Source: Candidatus Latescibacterota bacterium
GTDB taxonomy: Bacteria; Latescibacterota; UBA2968; GCA-2709665
Length of the DNA stretch: 64,000 nucleotides
NCBI GenBank assembly: GCA_963662665.2
Contig: CAXXJS010000032.1
Coordinates: forward strand, 33,670 to 97,669
Direction: 5' to 3'
Below the pieces are notes generated by a model, which was not told the origin of the DNA, made no database searches, and saw only the letters and a program-made list of their open reading frames with translations. A program made the translations under genes and the position numbers. Below are positions 40,648 through 50,284 of this stretch, one piece after another (within the stretch, counting starts at the first letter, position 1; each line of letters starts with the position of its first letter).

Positions 40648-40953
40648 ATGGCCGTTCCTGTTTCCTATTACCTGATTCTGAGTGCAATGCTGTTCGCAAT
40701 CGGCGTGACGGGCGTGCTGATTCGCCGCAACGCGATTGTGATTTTCATGTGTATCGAATTGATGCTGAACGCCGTCAATTTGCTGTTCGTCACAATGGCG
40801 CGGTATATGGGTTCGGGTTCCGGGCAGGTATTCGTGTTCTTCGTGATGGCGGTGTCCGCCGCCGAAGTGGCGGTGGGGCTGGCGATAATCATTGCACTAT
40901 ACAGGAACCGACAGACGTTGGACGTGGGCGAGGTGAATTTGCTGAAATGGTAG
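40648..40953 (+). CDS. nuoK: NADH-quinone oxidoreductase subunit K
   Basis: [26 protein letters not shown]. Confidence 0.97.
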   Translation: MAVPVSYYLILSAMLFAIGVTGVLIRRNAIVIFMCIELMLNAVNLLFVTMARYMGSGSGQVFVFFVMAVSAAEVAVGLAIIIALYRNRQTLDVGEVNLLKW

Positions 40954-41013
40954 GCGCAGTGGGAATCTGCGACGTCAATCCCGTTTTCTCCGTATGAATT
41001 GAGTGGGCCTGCA

Positions 41014-42873
41014 ATGTTGACCGTGGTTATTCTGATCATTCTCTTTCCGCTCGCCGGTGCTGCCGTCAACGGACTGTTCGGGTATCGATTGCGGGAGGTA
41101 TCCGGGTATATCGGCACGGCGGCGGTCGGCCTCTCGTGGTTGCTGTCCCTGCGCGTTCTGTTCTGGGTGACGGGCGGCGGAGAATTGAACGAAGACGTGT
41201 ACGCCTGGATATGGGCCGGGGCGTTCAGGGCCTCTGTGGGGTTCCAGGTGGATGCGCTTTCGACCCTCATGATTGTGACGGTTACGACAATCTCATTCCT
41301 GATCCATGTGTATTCCTTAGGATATATGCGCAACGACCCGGGTTTTGCCAGGTTCTTTGCCTATCTGAACCTTTTTGTGTTTTCGATGCTGGTGCTGGTG
41401 CTTGCGAACAATTATCTGTTGATGTTCGTGGGATGGGAAGGCGTGGGCCTGTGTTCCTATCTCCTGATCGGCTTCTGGTACGAGCGAAAGTCCGCATCGG
41501 ATGCAGGCAAGAAGGCGTTTATTGTGAACCGGATCGGGGATTTCGGCTTCCTGCTCGGCATTTTTCTGATGGTAAGTTACCTGGGCACCGTGCAGTACAC
41601 CGAGGTATTCGAAAAGGCGCCGCTGATGTTGTCCACGGGGGTCGCAACGGCAATTGCGCTTCTGCTTTTCGTTGGAGCCTGCGGCAAGTCGGCCCAGTTT
41701 CCGCTATACGTCTGGCTGCCCGATGCAATGGAAGGTCCAACGCCCGTGAGTTCATTGATCCACGCCGCCACGATGGTCACGGCGGGGGTCTATATGGTGG
41801 CGCGCTCCAACGTACTCTATACGCTCGCACCCACCGCGGGCGCGGTGGTGGCCTGGGTCGGCGTGGTCACTGCGTTGCTGGCCGCAACCATCGCGCTGGT
41901 GAATACCGACATCAAGAGGGTTCTGGCTTATTCAACGGTCAGCCAACTCGGGTACATGTTCATTGGCGTGGGGGTGGGCGCGTATACAGCCGGAATCTTC
42001 CACCTGTTCACGCACGCGTTTTTCAAGGGATTGATGTTTCTGGCCGCGGGCAGTGTGATGCACGCGATGCAGGACGAACTGGATATGCGGAAGATGGGCG
42101 GGCTGCTGGGCAAGATGCGGGTAACCGGCGTCACGTTCTGGATAGGCGCGCTCGCCATTTCGGGAATTCCGCCGCTGGCCGGATTCTGGAGCAAGGATGA
42201 AATCCTGGTGAGTGCGTACCGCTCGGGGAATGTGGCGATCTGGTCTCTCGGTGTCGCGGGGGCGGTCCTGACGGCGTTTTATATGTTCCGGCTGATCTTC
42301 ATGACTTTCCATGGACGACCCCGGGATCAACGTCTTTACGACCACGCTCACGAATCGCCGTTGAATATGACCGCACCGCTTGCGGTACTGGCGCTGGGTT
42401 CGGCCGTGGTGGGTTTTGTGGGGGTGCCGCCGGGGCATGGCTGGATAGACGCGTTCCTGAGCGACTCCGCGGGCGGGGCCCACGCCACGGCATCCGGTGC
42501 ATTGTCCGGGGGGATGCTGGTGGGTATTTCCATACTCGCGGGTCTGCTGGGAATCGGATTTGCGTACCGGATGCACAGAGCGGATCGGCTGGGTGCAAAG
42601 GCCACGAATTCACTTCATGGGCTGCTGGTTCGCAAGTGGTACGTCGACGAGATTTATCACGCCCTTTTCGTCCGTCCAATTCATCAACTTTCGCTGGTAC
42701 TGGCGCGTGTTTTTGATGCGATGGTGGTGGATGGAATCGCGAACGGACTGGGGTTGCTGGTGAAAGGCGCGGGCTGGGTGGTTACCCGCTTTCAGTCCGG
42801 CAATGCGCCCACGTATGCGCTTTGGATGGTGATTGGCGTGGTTGCGGTACTGTACTATGTATCGGGGAATTGA
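41014..42873 (+). CDS. nuoL: NADH-quinone oxidoreductase subunit L
   Basis: GWEGVGLCSYLLIGFW, GKSAQFPL..WLPDAMEGPTPVS, HAFFK, GFWSKD. Confidence 0.97.
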   Translation: MLTVVILIILFPLAGAAVNGLFGYRLREVSGYIGTAAVGLSWLLSLRVLFWVTGGGELNEDVYAWIWAGAFRASVGFQVDALSTLMIVTVTTISFLIHVYSLGYMRNDPGFARFFAYLNLFVFSMLVLVLANNYLLMFVGWEGVGLCSYLLIGFWYERKSASDAGKKAFIVNRIGDFGFLLGIFLMVSYLGTVQYTEVFEKAPLMLSTGVATAIALLLFVGACGKSAQFPLYVWLPDAMEGPTPVSSLIHAATMVTAGVYMVARSNVLYTLAPTAGAVVAWVGVVTALLAATIALVNTDIKRVLAYSTVSQLGYMFIGVGVGAYTAGIFHLFTHAFFKGLMFLAAGSVMHAMQDELDMRKMGGLLGKMRVTGVTFWIGALAISGIPPLAGFWSKDEILVSAYRSGNVAIWSLGVAGAVLTAFYMFRLIFMTFHGRPRDQRLYDHAHESPLNMTAPLAVLALGSAVVGFVGVPPGHGWIDAFLSDSAGGAHATASGALSGGMLVGISILAGLLGIGFAYRMHRADRLGAKATNSLHGLLVRKWYVDEIYHALFVRPIHQLSLVLARVFDAMVVDGIANGLGLLVKGAGWVVTRFQSGNAPTYALWMVIGVVAVLYYVSGN

Positions 42874-43035
42874 GAAGCTGCATTAAAACCCCCAGCGGTC
42901 TTCGCGCGGCTGCAAAGGCGTCAGCCGGCGTTGGACAAATCCAGCTGTATCTTAGATACGGCCGGATTCGTCCGCCTTGACCGTCACTTTTTCGCTCGCG
43001 CTCTGGAACTCGCCGGGAATTTTGACACAGCTTCT
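42873..43035. mobile_element. Degenerate MITE-like element between nuoL and nuoM
   Basis: Imperfect TIRs AGAAGCTGCATTAAAACCCCC / GGGAATTTTGACACAGCTTCT; internal hairpin. Confidence 0.5.
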
Positions 43036-43066
43036 GAGAAGCTGTACGAGACAGGGAACTGAACCT

Positions 43067-44587
43067 ATGCCTGGACTCCTTACAGGCCTGATCTTTATAC
43101 CGCTGATCGGCGGCGTGTTGGTTCTGCTTCTGGGTCGCGGCAGAGACGGGTTCAGCCGCGGGCTCGCCCTGGCGGTCGCTCTGGTGAATCTGCTGTTGTC
43201 CGCTTTGCTATATGCCAATTTCAAAGCAGACTCCCCGCAGATGCAGTTTGTGGAAAGGACGGAGTGGGTGGGGTCGTTTGGCATCTCCTACTTCGTGGGA
43301 ATCGACGGGATCAGTCTGTTGCTGGTACTGGTGACCACCCTGCTCACGTTTCTGGCAATCCTCGCTTCATGGACGTCAATTACATCCCGGGTTCGGGAGT
43401 ATATGGCCTCGATGCTGTTGCTGGAGACCGGGATGGTAGGGGTGTTTTGCGCCCTGGACCTGTTCCTCTTCTACGTATTCTGGGAGGCCATGCTGATTCC
43501 AATGTATCTATTGATCGGCGTCTGGGGGGGTGAACGCCGGATCTATGCGGCGGTGAAATTCGTGCTGTTTACCCTGGCTGGCAGTCTGCTGATGCTCGTA
43601 GCGATTGTCTATCTGGGTCTGCAGTTCGGGACCTTTGACCTCCTCGTCCTTCAGAAAATGACCTATCTGCATCCGCAGCAGCACTGGCTCTTCCTGGCTT
43701 TCTTCCTGAGTTTCGCCATCAAGGTACCGATGTTTCCACTACATACCTGGCTGCCGGACGCGCACGTGGAGGCGCCAACGGCGGGGAGCGTGATCCTTGC
43801 GGGCGTACTGCTTAAGATGGGCACCTACGGATTGATCCGCTTCTGCCTGCCATTGTTCCCGATGGCTGCGTTGTACTTCACTCCCTACATAATGGCACTG
43901 TCTGTGATCGGCATCGTATACGGCGCACTTGTGGCTATGGTACAAACCGATATCAAGAAACTGGTGGCGTATTCAAGCGTGAGCCACCTTGGCTTCGTGG
44001 TCCTGGGGATTTTCGCGATGAACGCACAGGGAATGCAGGGCGGCATTATTCAGATGGTGAACCACGGGCTGTCAACCGGGGCACTGTTCCTGATTGTTGG
44101 AATGATATACGAACGCCGGCACACACGGCTGATCGCCGACTTTGGCGGTCTGGCCAAATCCATTCCCGTATTCGCTACGTTTTTCCTTATTACAACGCTT
44201 TCGTCCATCGGACTGCCGGGGTTGAACGGGTTCGTGGGTGAGTTCCTGATCCTTCTGGGGGCGTTTAAGGCAAACAAGGTATTCGGCATCATTGCCGCTT
44301 CGGGTGTCGTCCTGGCGGCCGTGTACATGTTGTGGATGTTCCAGCGCGTGGTATGGGGCGAGGTAAAAGATGAACGAAATCGGAAGCTGCCGGACCTGTC
44401 CATCCGCGAGTGGTGCATATTGACGCCGCTGGTGGTACTGATGTTCTGGATCGGCGTGTACCCGGGCGCGTTATTGAAAAAGACCGAATTGTCGGCGAAA
44501 CTCGTGATAGAACAGGTGCGCATTCGGCAGATTGAAAGCTTGAACGAATTCCTGGCGACGGATCGCTCACGCGAGAAATCCAGATAG
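43067..44587 (+). CDS. nuoM: NADH-quinone oxidoreductase subunit M
   Basis: [44 protein letters not shown]. Confidence 0.97.
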   Translation: MPGLLTGLIFIPLIGGVLVLLLGRGRDGFSRGLALAVALVNLLLSALLYANFKADSPQMQFVERTEWVGSFGISYFVGIDGISLLLVLVTTLLTFLAILASWTSITSRVREYMASMLLLETGMVGVFCALDLFLFYVFWEAMLIPMYLLIGVWGGERRIYAAVKFVLFTLAGSLLMLVAIVYLGLQFGTFDLLVLQKMTYLHPQQHWLFLAFFLSFAIKVPMFPLHTWLPDAHVEAPTAGSVILAGVLLKMGTYGLIRFCLPLFPMAALYFTPYIMALSVIGIVYGALVAMVQTDIKKLVAYSSVSHLGFVVLGIFAMNAQGMQGGIIQMVNHGLSTGALFLIVGMIYERRHTRLIADFGGLAKSIPVFATFFLITTLSSIGLPGLNGFVGEFLILLGAFKANKVFGIIAASGVVLAAVYMLWMFQRVVWGEVKDERNRKLPDLSIREWCILTPLVVLMFWIGVYPGALLKKTELSAKLVIEQVRIRQIESLNEFLATDRSREKSR

Positions 44588-44622
44588 ATCGATCCGGACA
44601 CCAGGGTCGGAGGAGGCGGGGT

Positions 44623-45108
44623 TTGAGAATTCTGCTGAGTCTGGGCGTTGTGCTGTTCGGCGTATGGCTGCTCTGGTCCGGGCATTATTCCATCGACCAT
44701 GCGCTGGTTCTCGTGCTTGGAATCGTCTCATGCCTGGCGGTTGTCGGCATTGTCCGGCGTATGGGCATCGTCGATTCCGAGGGACATCCGGTTCACCTGG
44801 CAGGTCGTGTGCTCCGATATGCCCCGTGGTTGCTGCTTGCCATTCTCCGGTCCAACGTTGACGTGGTTTTACGAATACTGAATCCACGACTGCCCATCAG
44901 CCCTGCCCTGATTCGTATCAGGGCAACCCAGAAGACCGCGCTGGGGAAGGTCATCTACGCCAACTCCATTACGCTGACTCCCGGGACGGTTTCGGTGGAC
45001 GTGGAAGACGACCTGATTCTTGTTCACGCGCTCTCACGGGAGAGCGCCCGTGAACTCGCGGACGGCGAGATGGACCGGCGTGTCCTGGCAATGGAGGACG
45101 CTACCTGA
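44623..45108 (+). CDS. mrpE: Mrp Na+/H+ antiporter subunit E
   Basis: ANSITLTPGT, LVHAL; RBS GGAGG before TTG. Confidence 0.93.
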   Translation: MRILLSLGVVLFGVWLLWSGHYSIDHALVLVLGIVSCLAVVGIVRRMGIVDSEGHPVHLAGRVLRYAPWLLLAILRSNVDVVLRILNPRLPISPALIRIRATQKTALGKVIYANSITLTPGTVSVDVEDDLILVHALSRESARELADGEMDRRVLAMEDAT

Positions 45109-45395
45109 TGTTCGCGACGGCAATGGCGGCAATCCTGATTACGATGATACTGGCTCTGGTTAGAGCGTTCGCCGGTCCAACGGTCTACGACCGGGTCCTG
45201 GCCGCGAATATGTTCGGGACCAAGATGATCCTCCTTATTGCGGTATTGGGATTTCTCACCGGTCGGCCGGATTTTCTCGACCTCGCGCTGATCTACGTCC
45301 TGTTGAACTTCATCGGGACGTTTGCCGTACTTAAGTACGTTCAGTACGGCAATTTCGGGTCGGCAGACGGCGAGCGCGGAGAGACACCCGAATGA
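45108..45395 (+). CDS. mrpF: Mrp subunit F
   Basis: GPTVYDRVLA, DLALIY..LNFIG. Confidence 0.93.
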   Translation: MFATAMAAILITMILALVRAFAGPTVYDRVLAANMFGTKMILLIAVLGFLTGRPDFLDLALIYVLLNFIGTFAVLKYVQYGNFGSADGERGETPE

Positions 45396-45709
45396 TCCTT
45401 CACGACGTCGTTAGCTGGGGCTGCCTGCTCCTGGGGTCGTTCCTTTGCATCGTGGGCGGCATCGGGCTGATCAGACTTCCCGACTTTTACAGCCGGATGC
45501 ACGGCGCCGGAGTTACCGATACTTACGGCGCCGGTCTTGTGCTTGTCGGGCTGATGGTACAGGCGGGACTCAGTATGGTCACGGTCAAGCTGTTTCTGAT
45601 CCTTCTGCTCCTCTTTCTGACCGGTCCGTCATCCACCCACGCGGTTGCCAAGGCTGCCTTCACCTCCGGGTTGAAACCGGCGCTTCAGAGGGATGACCGC
45701 CCAACATGA
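45392..45709 (+). CDS. mrpG: Mrp subunit G
   Basis: RLPDFYSRMH, P.STHAVAKAA. Confidence 0.93.
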   Translation: MILHDVVSWGCLLLGSFLCIVGGIGLIRLPDFYSRMHGAGVTDTYGAGLVLVGLMVQAGLSMVTVKLFLILLLLFLTGPSSTHAVAKAAFTSGLKPALQRDDRPT

Positions 45710-46275
45710 TCGAACTGATTGACATTGTCCTGCTGGCGCTTCTTGCGGCTACAGCCGTCGCCGTCGTGCTGATCCGCAATCTGCTTGCTTCGGTCATCCT
45801 GGCCGGGATTTTCAGCTTGCTTTCCGCCGGGTTGTTTACCGTGATGGACGCCGTTGACGTGGCTTTTACGGAGGCCGCCGTGGGCGCCGGCATCTCGACC
45901 GTGCTGCTGATCGGGACCCTCATGCTCACAACCGGGGAGGAAAAGAAGCCGTCCAGGCCGTCTCCATTGCCCCTTCTGGCAGTCCTGGCGACGGGGGCGG
46001 TCCTGATTTACGGCACGCTGGATATGCCGCGATTCGGCGATGCCGGGGCACCGGTACATGCACACGTCGCGCCGGAATATCTCAAAGATACCGTGCCGCA
46101 CGTCAGCGGTTCCGCAAAGCGGGTCGACGTTGAGAATATTGTGACGTCGGTGCTTGCCAGCTACAGGGGATACGATACGCTCGGGGAGACCACGGTGATC
46201 TTTTGCGCCGGTATCGGGGTGTTGCTCTTGCTGAAGCGGGCCGGGCCGGGCCGCAACCGGGAGGACGGTCGGTGA
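45706..46275 (+). CDS. DUF4040/MrpB-like subunit (MrpA C-terminal-like)
   Basis: AVDVAFTEAAVGAG, NIVTSVLASYRGYDTLGET. Confidence 0.9.
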   Translation: MIELIDIVLLALLAATAVAVVLIRNLLASVILAGIFSLLSAGLFTVMDAVDVAFTEAAVGAGISTVLLIGTLMLTTGEEKKPSRPSPLPLLAVLATGAVLIYGTLDMPRFGDAGAPVHAHVAPEYLKDTVPHVSGSAKRVDVENIVTSVLASYRGYDTLGETTVIFCAGIGVLLLLKRAGPGRNREDGR

Positions 46276-46691
46276 AGAATCAGATCATTCCGCGTGTAAT
46301 CGCCAAGCTATTCATTCCACTGATCCTCCTGTTTGCGCTCTACGTCCAGTTTCACGGCGATTTCGGGCCGGGGGGCGGATTCCAGGCCGGTGTGATCTTT
46401 GCAGCCGGTTTTGTGCTGTACACGCTGATATACGGCCTGAACGAGGCGCAGCGGGTGGCCAGACCCGCCGTCGTGGAAATTGTCATTGCCGCCGGTCTGC
46501 TCCTGTTTGCCTGCACCGGCGTCGTGGGGATGATGAAGGGTGGCCGCTACCTGGACTATGGCGTGCTGGGATCCGATCCGGTGGGCGGTCAGCATCTCGG
46601 AATTCTGTTGATCGAACTCGGAGTTGGTATCACCGTGGCTTCGGTGATTATCGGGGTCTTCTTCGCCTTTGTCGGCCGGAAACAACCATGA
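46272..46691 (+). CDS. mrpB: Mrp subunit B
   Basis: HGDFGPGGGFQAG, ELGVG; GTGA overlap with the previous gene. Confidence 0.92.
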   Translation: MKNQIIPRVIAKLFIPLILLFALYVQFHGDFGPGGGFQAGVIFAAGFVLYTLIYGLNEAQRVARPAVVEIVIAAGLLLFACTGVVGMMKGGRYLDYGVLGSDPVGGQHLGILLIELGVGITVASVIIGVFFAFVGRKQP

Positions 46692-47047
46692 CGGCATTCC
46701 CGGGTTTATATAACTACTGGTTCGTTATCGTCCTGATGATGATCGGGTTCTATGCGGTGATCACCAGCGGCAACCTCGTCAAGAAACTCATCGGCCTGAA
46801 TATCTTTCAGACTTCGGTCTTCCTGTTCTACATCAGCATGGGCAGGGTCTCCGGCGGGAGCGCGCCGATAATCGCAGAGGGGGTCCGGAGTTATTCGAAC
46901 CCGCTGCCGCACGTACTCATTCTCACGGCAATCGTCGTCGGTATCGCCACGACCTCCCTCGGGTTGGCGCTCGTCGTGCGGATTCAGGAAGCCTACGGCA
47001 CAATCGAGGAGGATGAAATCTACGGTCAGGGCGGGGAGTTGCCCTGA
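46688..47047 (+). CDS. mrpC: Mrp subunit C
   Basis: NLVKKLIGL, NPLPHVLILTAIVV. Confidence 0.94.
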   Translation: MTAFPGLYNYWFVIVLMMIGFYAVITSGNLVKKLIGLNIFQTSVFLFYISMGRVSGGSAPIIAEGVRSYSNPLPHVLILTAIVVGIATTSLGLALVVRIQEAYGTIEEDEIYGQGGELP

Positions 47048-48564
47048 TGGCCGACCACCTGCCCATTCTGCAAATCGTGGTTCCTCTTATATCCGCGCCG
47101 GTCTGCCTGCTCCTGCGAAAGAGATTGCTGGCCTGGGCCTTCGCCACGGCTGTCGCGTGGACCGCGCTTGGGGTCGCCGCGCTGTTGCTGATACGGGTAC
47201 TGGATGCCGGTACCGTCTCGTATGCGCTCGGAAACTGGAGCGCCCCGTGGGGAATCGAGTATCGGATTGACGCGGTCAATGCGTTCGTATTGCTCCTGGT
47301 GGCCTTCATTGGCGCAGTCGTGCTCTTGTACGCGCCTCCCAGCGCGGCTCGAGAAATCTCCCACGACCGCCACTACCTGTTTTACGCGGCATATCTCCTG
47401 TGCCTGACGGGCCTCCTCGGCATCGCCATCACCGGAGACGCGTTCAACCTGTTTGTCTTTCTCGAAATTTCCTCCCTGTCAACGTATGCGCTGATCAGCC
47501 TTGGAAGAGACCGCCGCGCCCTGACGGCTTCTTACCAGTACCTGGTTATGGGGACCGTCGGTGCGACGTTCATTCTGATCGGCGTCGGGCTCCTCTATAT
47601 GGCAACGGGGACCCTGAATATGGCGGACCTTGCGGTCCGTCTGGGGCCGGTCCTGGACACCAGGACTGTGTTGGCGGCATTCGCGTTTCTGGGTGTCGGC
47701 CTGTGCTTGAAGCTGGCGCTTTTTCCACTCCACATGTGGCTGCCAAACGCGTATTGTTATGCGCCATCGTTAATAACTGCCTTTCTTGCCGCAACGGCGA
47801 CCAAGGTCTCCATCTATGTCCTCGTTCGATTCATTTTCACCATTTTCGGACCCCGATTCGCGTTCGAGACGGTTGGGATCCACGTGGTGTTGCTGCCACT
47901 TTCGCTCCTTGGTATTTTCGCGGCTTCAACAGTCGCCATATTCCAAACCAACATTAAGCGCATGCTCGCCTATTCCAGCGTTGCCCAGGTCGGCTACATT
48001 ATGCTGGGCGTAGGCCTTGTGTCGGTGAGCGGCGCCGGACCGGACGTCCGGTATGGACCGGGATCGTTGAACGGTCTCACCGCGGGAATCGTCCACCTGT
48101 TCAATCACGCCGTTATGAAAGGCGCACTGTTCCTGGGTATGGGTTGTATCGCCCTCCGCGTGGGCTCGGTGCAACTCGACGATATGCACGGTCTCGGCCG
48201 TCGAATGCCGGTGACGACGGCCGCCGTTGTGCTGGGCGGACTCAGCATGATCGGCGTTCCTCTTACGGTGGGCTTCATCAGCAAGTGGTACCTTGTTCTG
48301 GCGGCCCTCGAAAAGGGCTGGTGGCCCATCGCGGTTCTCGTCCTCCTGGGTTCCCTGCTTGCGGTGATCTATATATGGCGGGTGGTTGAGGTAGCCTATT
48401 TCCGCGAGCCCCCTGGGCCCGTCGGGGTGAGCGAGGCGCCGCTGCTGATGCACGTCCCCATGTGGATTCTGATTGCAGCCACCCTCTACTTCGGCGTCTC
48501 GACGTCCCTCACGGTGGGCGTTGCCCGGCAGGCCGCCGGATGGCTGATGGGAATTGCGCCATGA
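47047..48564 (+). CDS. mrpD: Mrp subunit D (copy 1)
   Basis: GDAFNLFVFLEI, LKLALFPLHMWLP.AY, KRMLAYSS, GFISKW. Confidence 0.93.
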   Translation: MADHLPILQIVVPLISAPVCLLLRKRLLAWAFATAVAWTALGVAALLLIRVLDAGTVSYALGNWSAPWGIEYRIDAVNAFVLLLVAFIGAVVLLYAPPSAAREISHDRHYLFYAAYLLCLTGLLGIAITGDAFNLFVFLEISSLSTYALISLGRDRRALTASYQYLVMGTVGATFILIGVGLLYMATGTLNMADLAVRLGPVLDTRTVLAAFAFLGVGLCLKLALFPLHMWLPNAYCYAPSLITAFLAATATKVSIYVLVRFIFTIFGPRFAFETVGIHVVLLPLSLLGIFAASTVAIFQTNIKRMLAYSSVAQVGYIMLGVGLVSVSGAGPDVRYGPGSLNGLTAGIVHLFNHAVMKGALFLGMGCIALRVGSVQLDDMHGLGRRMPVTTAAVVLGGLSMIGVPLTVGFISKWYLVLAALEKGWWPIAVLVLLGSLLAVIYIWRVVEVAYFREPPGPVGVSEAPLLMHVPMWILIAATLYFGVSTSLTVGVARQAAGWLMGIAP

Positions 48565-50027
48565 CCGCTTCGGATGCCACGCTGCTGGCCGTTCTGCTGC
48601 CCCTTCTCGGCGCTGGGCTGATCGGTCTTCTCGGGCAAAGGCCCAATCTGCGCGAGGCGGCCACACTGGCCACGGGCGCCGTGCTGTTTTTCGTGGTGCT
48701 TACGCTGGTTCCCCACGTCCTTTCAGGGGCGAGGCCGGGGATAGAAATCCTCGAGGTGCTGCCGGGCCTCGCGCTGGCGTTCGAAGTTGAACCCCTGGGC
48801 ATGCTCTTCGGGTTGATTGCCTCGGGGCTCTGGATCGTGACGTCTCTGTATTCGATCGGCTACATGCGCGGGCATCACGAACCCAACCAGACCGTTTTTT
48901 ACGTTTTCTTTGCGGTGGCCATTACGGGCGCCCTGGGCGTTGCATTCGCCCGCAATATGTTCACGTTGTTCATCTTCTATGAGATTCTGACCCTTTCGAC
49001 CTATCCGCTGGTCACCCACCATCGGACGAAGGAGGCGCTCCGGTCCGGCAGGATCTACATGGGCATTCTGCTCGGCACGTCGGTCGGGTTGATGCTGCTG
49101 GCGGTGGTGTGGACCTGGAATCTGACGGGTACCCTGGAATTCGAACCCGGCGGGATCCTCGCGGGCAAAGCCAGTCCGGCCGTGGTGGGCATCCTGCTGG
49201 CGCTCTACGCGTTTGGTACCGGCAAGGCAGCACTGATGCCGTTCCACCGCTGGCTGCCGGCGGCGATGGTGGCGCCCACGCCTGTCAGCGCCCTGCTGCA
49301 CGCGGTGGCCGTTGTCAAAGCAGGCGTGTTTACAGTGATGAAAATCGTGGTCTACATCTTTGGCATCGATCTGCTCAGCAGCAGCGGGATGAGCGTGTGG
49401 CTGGCATACGTTGCCGCCGCAACCCTGCTGATTGCGTCCCTGATTGCACTAACGAAAGATAATCTCAAGGCGCGGCTCGCTTATTCCACAGTCAGCCAGT
49501 TGTCCTACGTGGTACTCGGCGCGGCTCTTGCCAACAACTGGGGGATCATTGGCGGTTCCATGCATATCGCGATGCACGCTTTTGGCAAGATCACGCTGTT
49601 CTTCTGTGCCGGCGCCATTATGGTGGCCGCACACAAGACCGAAATCAGCGACATGGCCGGCATCGGGAAGACAATGCCGATTACCATGTTCGCCTTCTTT
49701 ATCGGGTCGCTGAGTGTGATCGGCCTGCCCCCGCTTGGCGGGTCGTGGAGCAAGTGGTACCTGGCGCTCGGCGCGGTGGAGGCGGACCGAATCGTTCTCG
49801 TGGCCGTGTTGATGATCAGTTCGCTCTTGAACGTCGCGTACCTGATGCCGATCGTCGCCCGCGCGTTTTTCACGGCGCCCTCCTCGACGCCCGCCGGCCC
49901 GTCTCACGTCAGGGAGGCCCCGGCGTTATGCGTTGTACCGCTGTGTCTGACGGCGCTGGGATGCCTGGCGCTCTTCTTCTGCGCCGAAGACATCTACCGG
50001 TTGCTGGCGCCTATTGCACAACCCTGA
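48561..50027 (+). CDS. MrpD/A-family antiporter subunit (copy 2)
   Basis: FIFYEILT, GKAALMPFHRWLPAAMVAPTPVSALLHAVAVVK, LAYSTVSQL. Confidence 0.92.
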   Translation: MTASDATLLAVLLPLLGAGLIGLLGQRPNLREAATLATGAVLFFVVLTLVPHVLSGARPGIEILEVLPGLALAFEVEPLGMLFGLIASGLWIVTSLYSIGYMRGHHEPNQTVFYVFFAVAITGALGVAFARNMFTLFIFYEILTLSTYPLVTHHRTKEALRSGRIYMGILLGTSVGLMLLAVVWTWNLTGTLEFEPGGILAGKASPAVVGILLALYAFGTGKAALMPFHRWLPAAMVAPTPVSALLHAVAVVKAGVFTVMKIVVYIFGIDLLSSSGMSVWLAYVAAATLLIASLIALTKDNLKARLAYSTVSQLSYVVLGAALANNWGIIGGSMHIAMHAFGKITLFFCAGAIMVAAHKTEISDMAGIGKTMPITMFAFFIGSLSVIGLPPLGGSWSKWYLALGAVEADRIVLVAVLMISSLLNVAYLMPIVARAFFTAPSSTPAGPSHVREAPALCVVPLCLTALGCLALFFCAEDIYRLLAPIAQP

Positions 50028-50038
50028 CGGACGAAGCC

Positions 50039-50284
50039 ATGGAAGACAAGAACATGAACCGGCTCAAAGGGGCCGGAAACGTAAGGAAAATCAGCCTGGC
50101 GCTCTATGTGGTCTGCGCCCTGCTGTTGCTGGCGGATCTGTTTCTGCACAAGCATACCCATATCAGCGCCGAGCAGTGGTTCGGATTTTACGGGTTGTAC
50201 GCGTTACTCGTCTGTGTCGTGCTGGTGTTAGCGGCCCGGGGGTTGCGCGCAATCCTGGGCCGCAAGGAAGACTATTATGATTGA
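50039..50284 (+). CDS. Small two-TM membrane protein within the mrp operon
   Basis: GFYGLY..R.EDYYD pattern; overlaps the next gene's start. Confidence 0.8.
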   Translation: MEDKNMNRLKGAGNVRKISLALYVVCALLLLADLFLHKHTHISAEQWFGFYGLYALLVCVVLVLAARGLRAILGRKEDYYD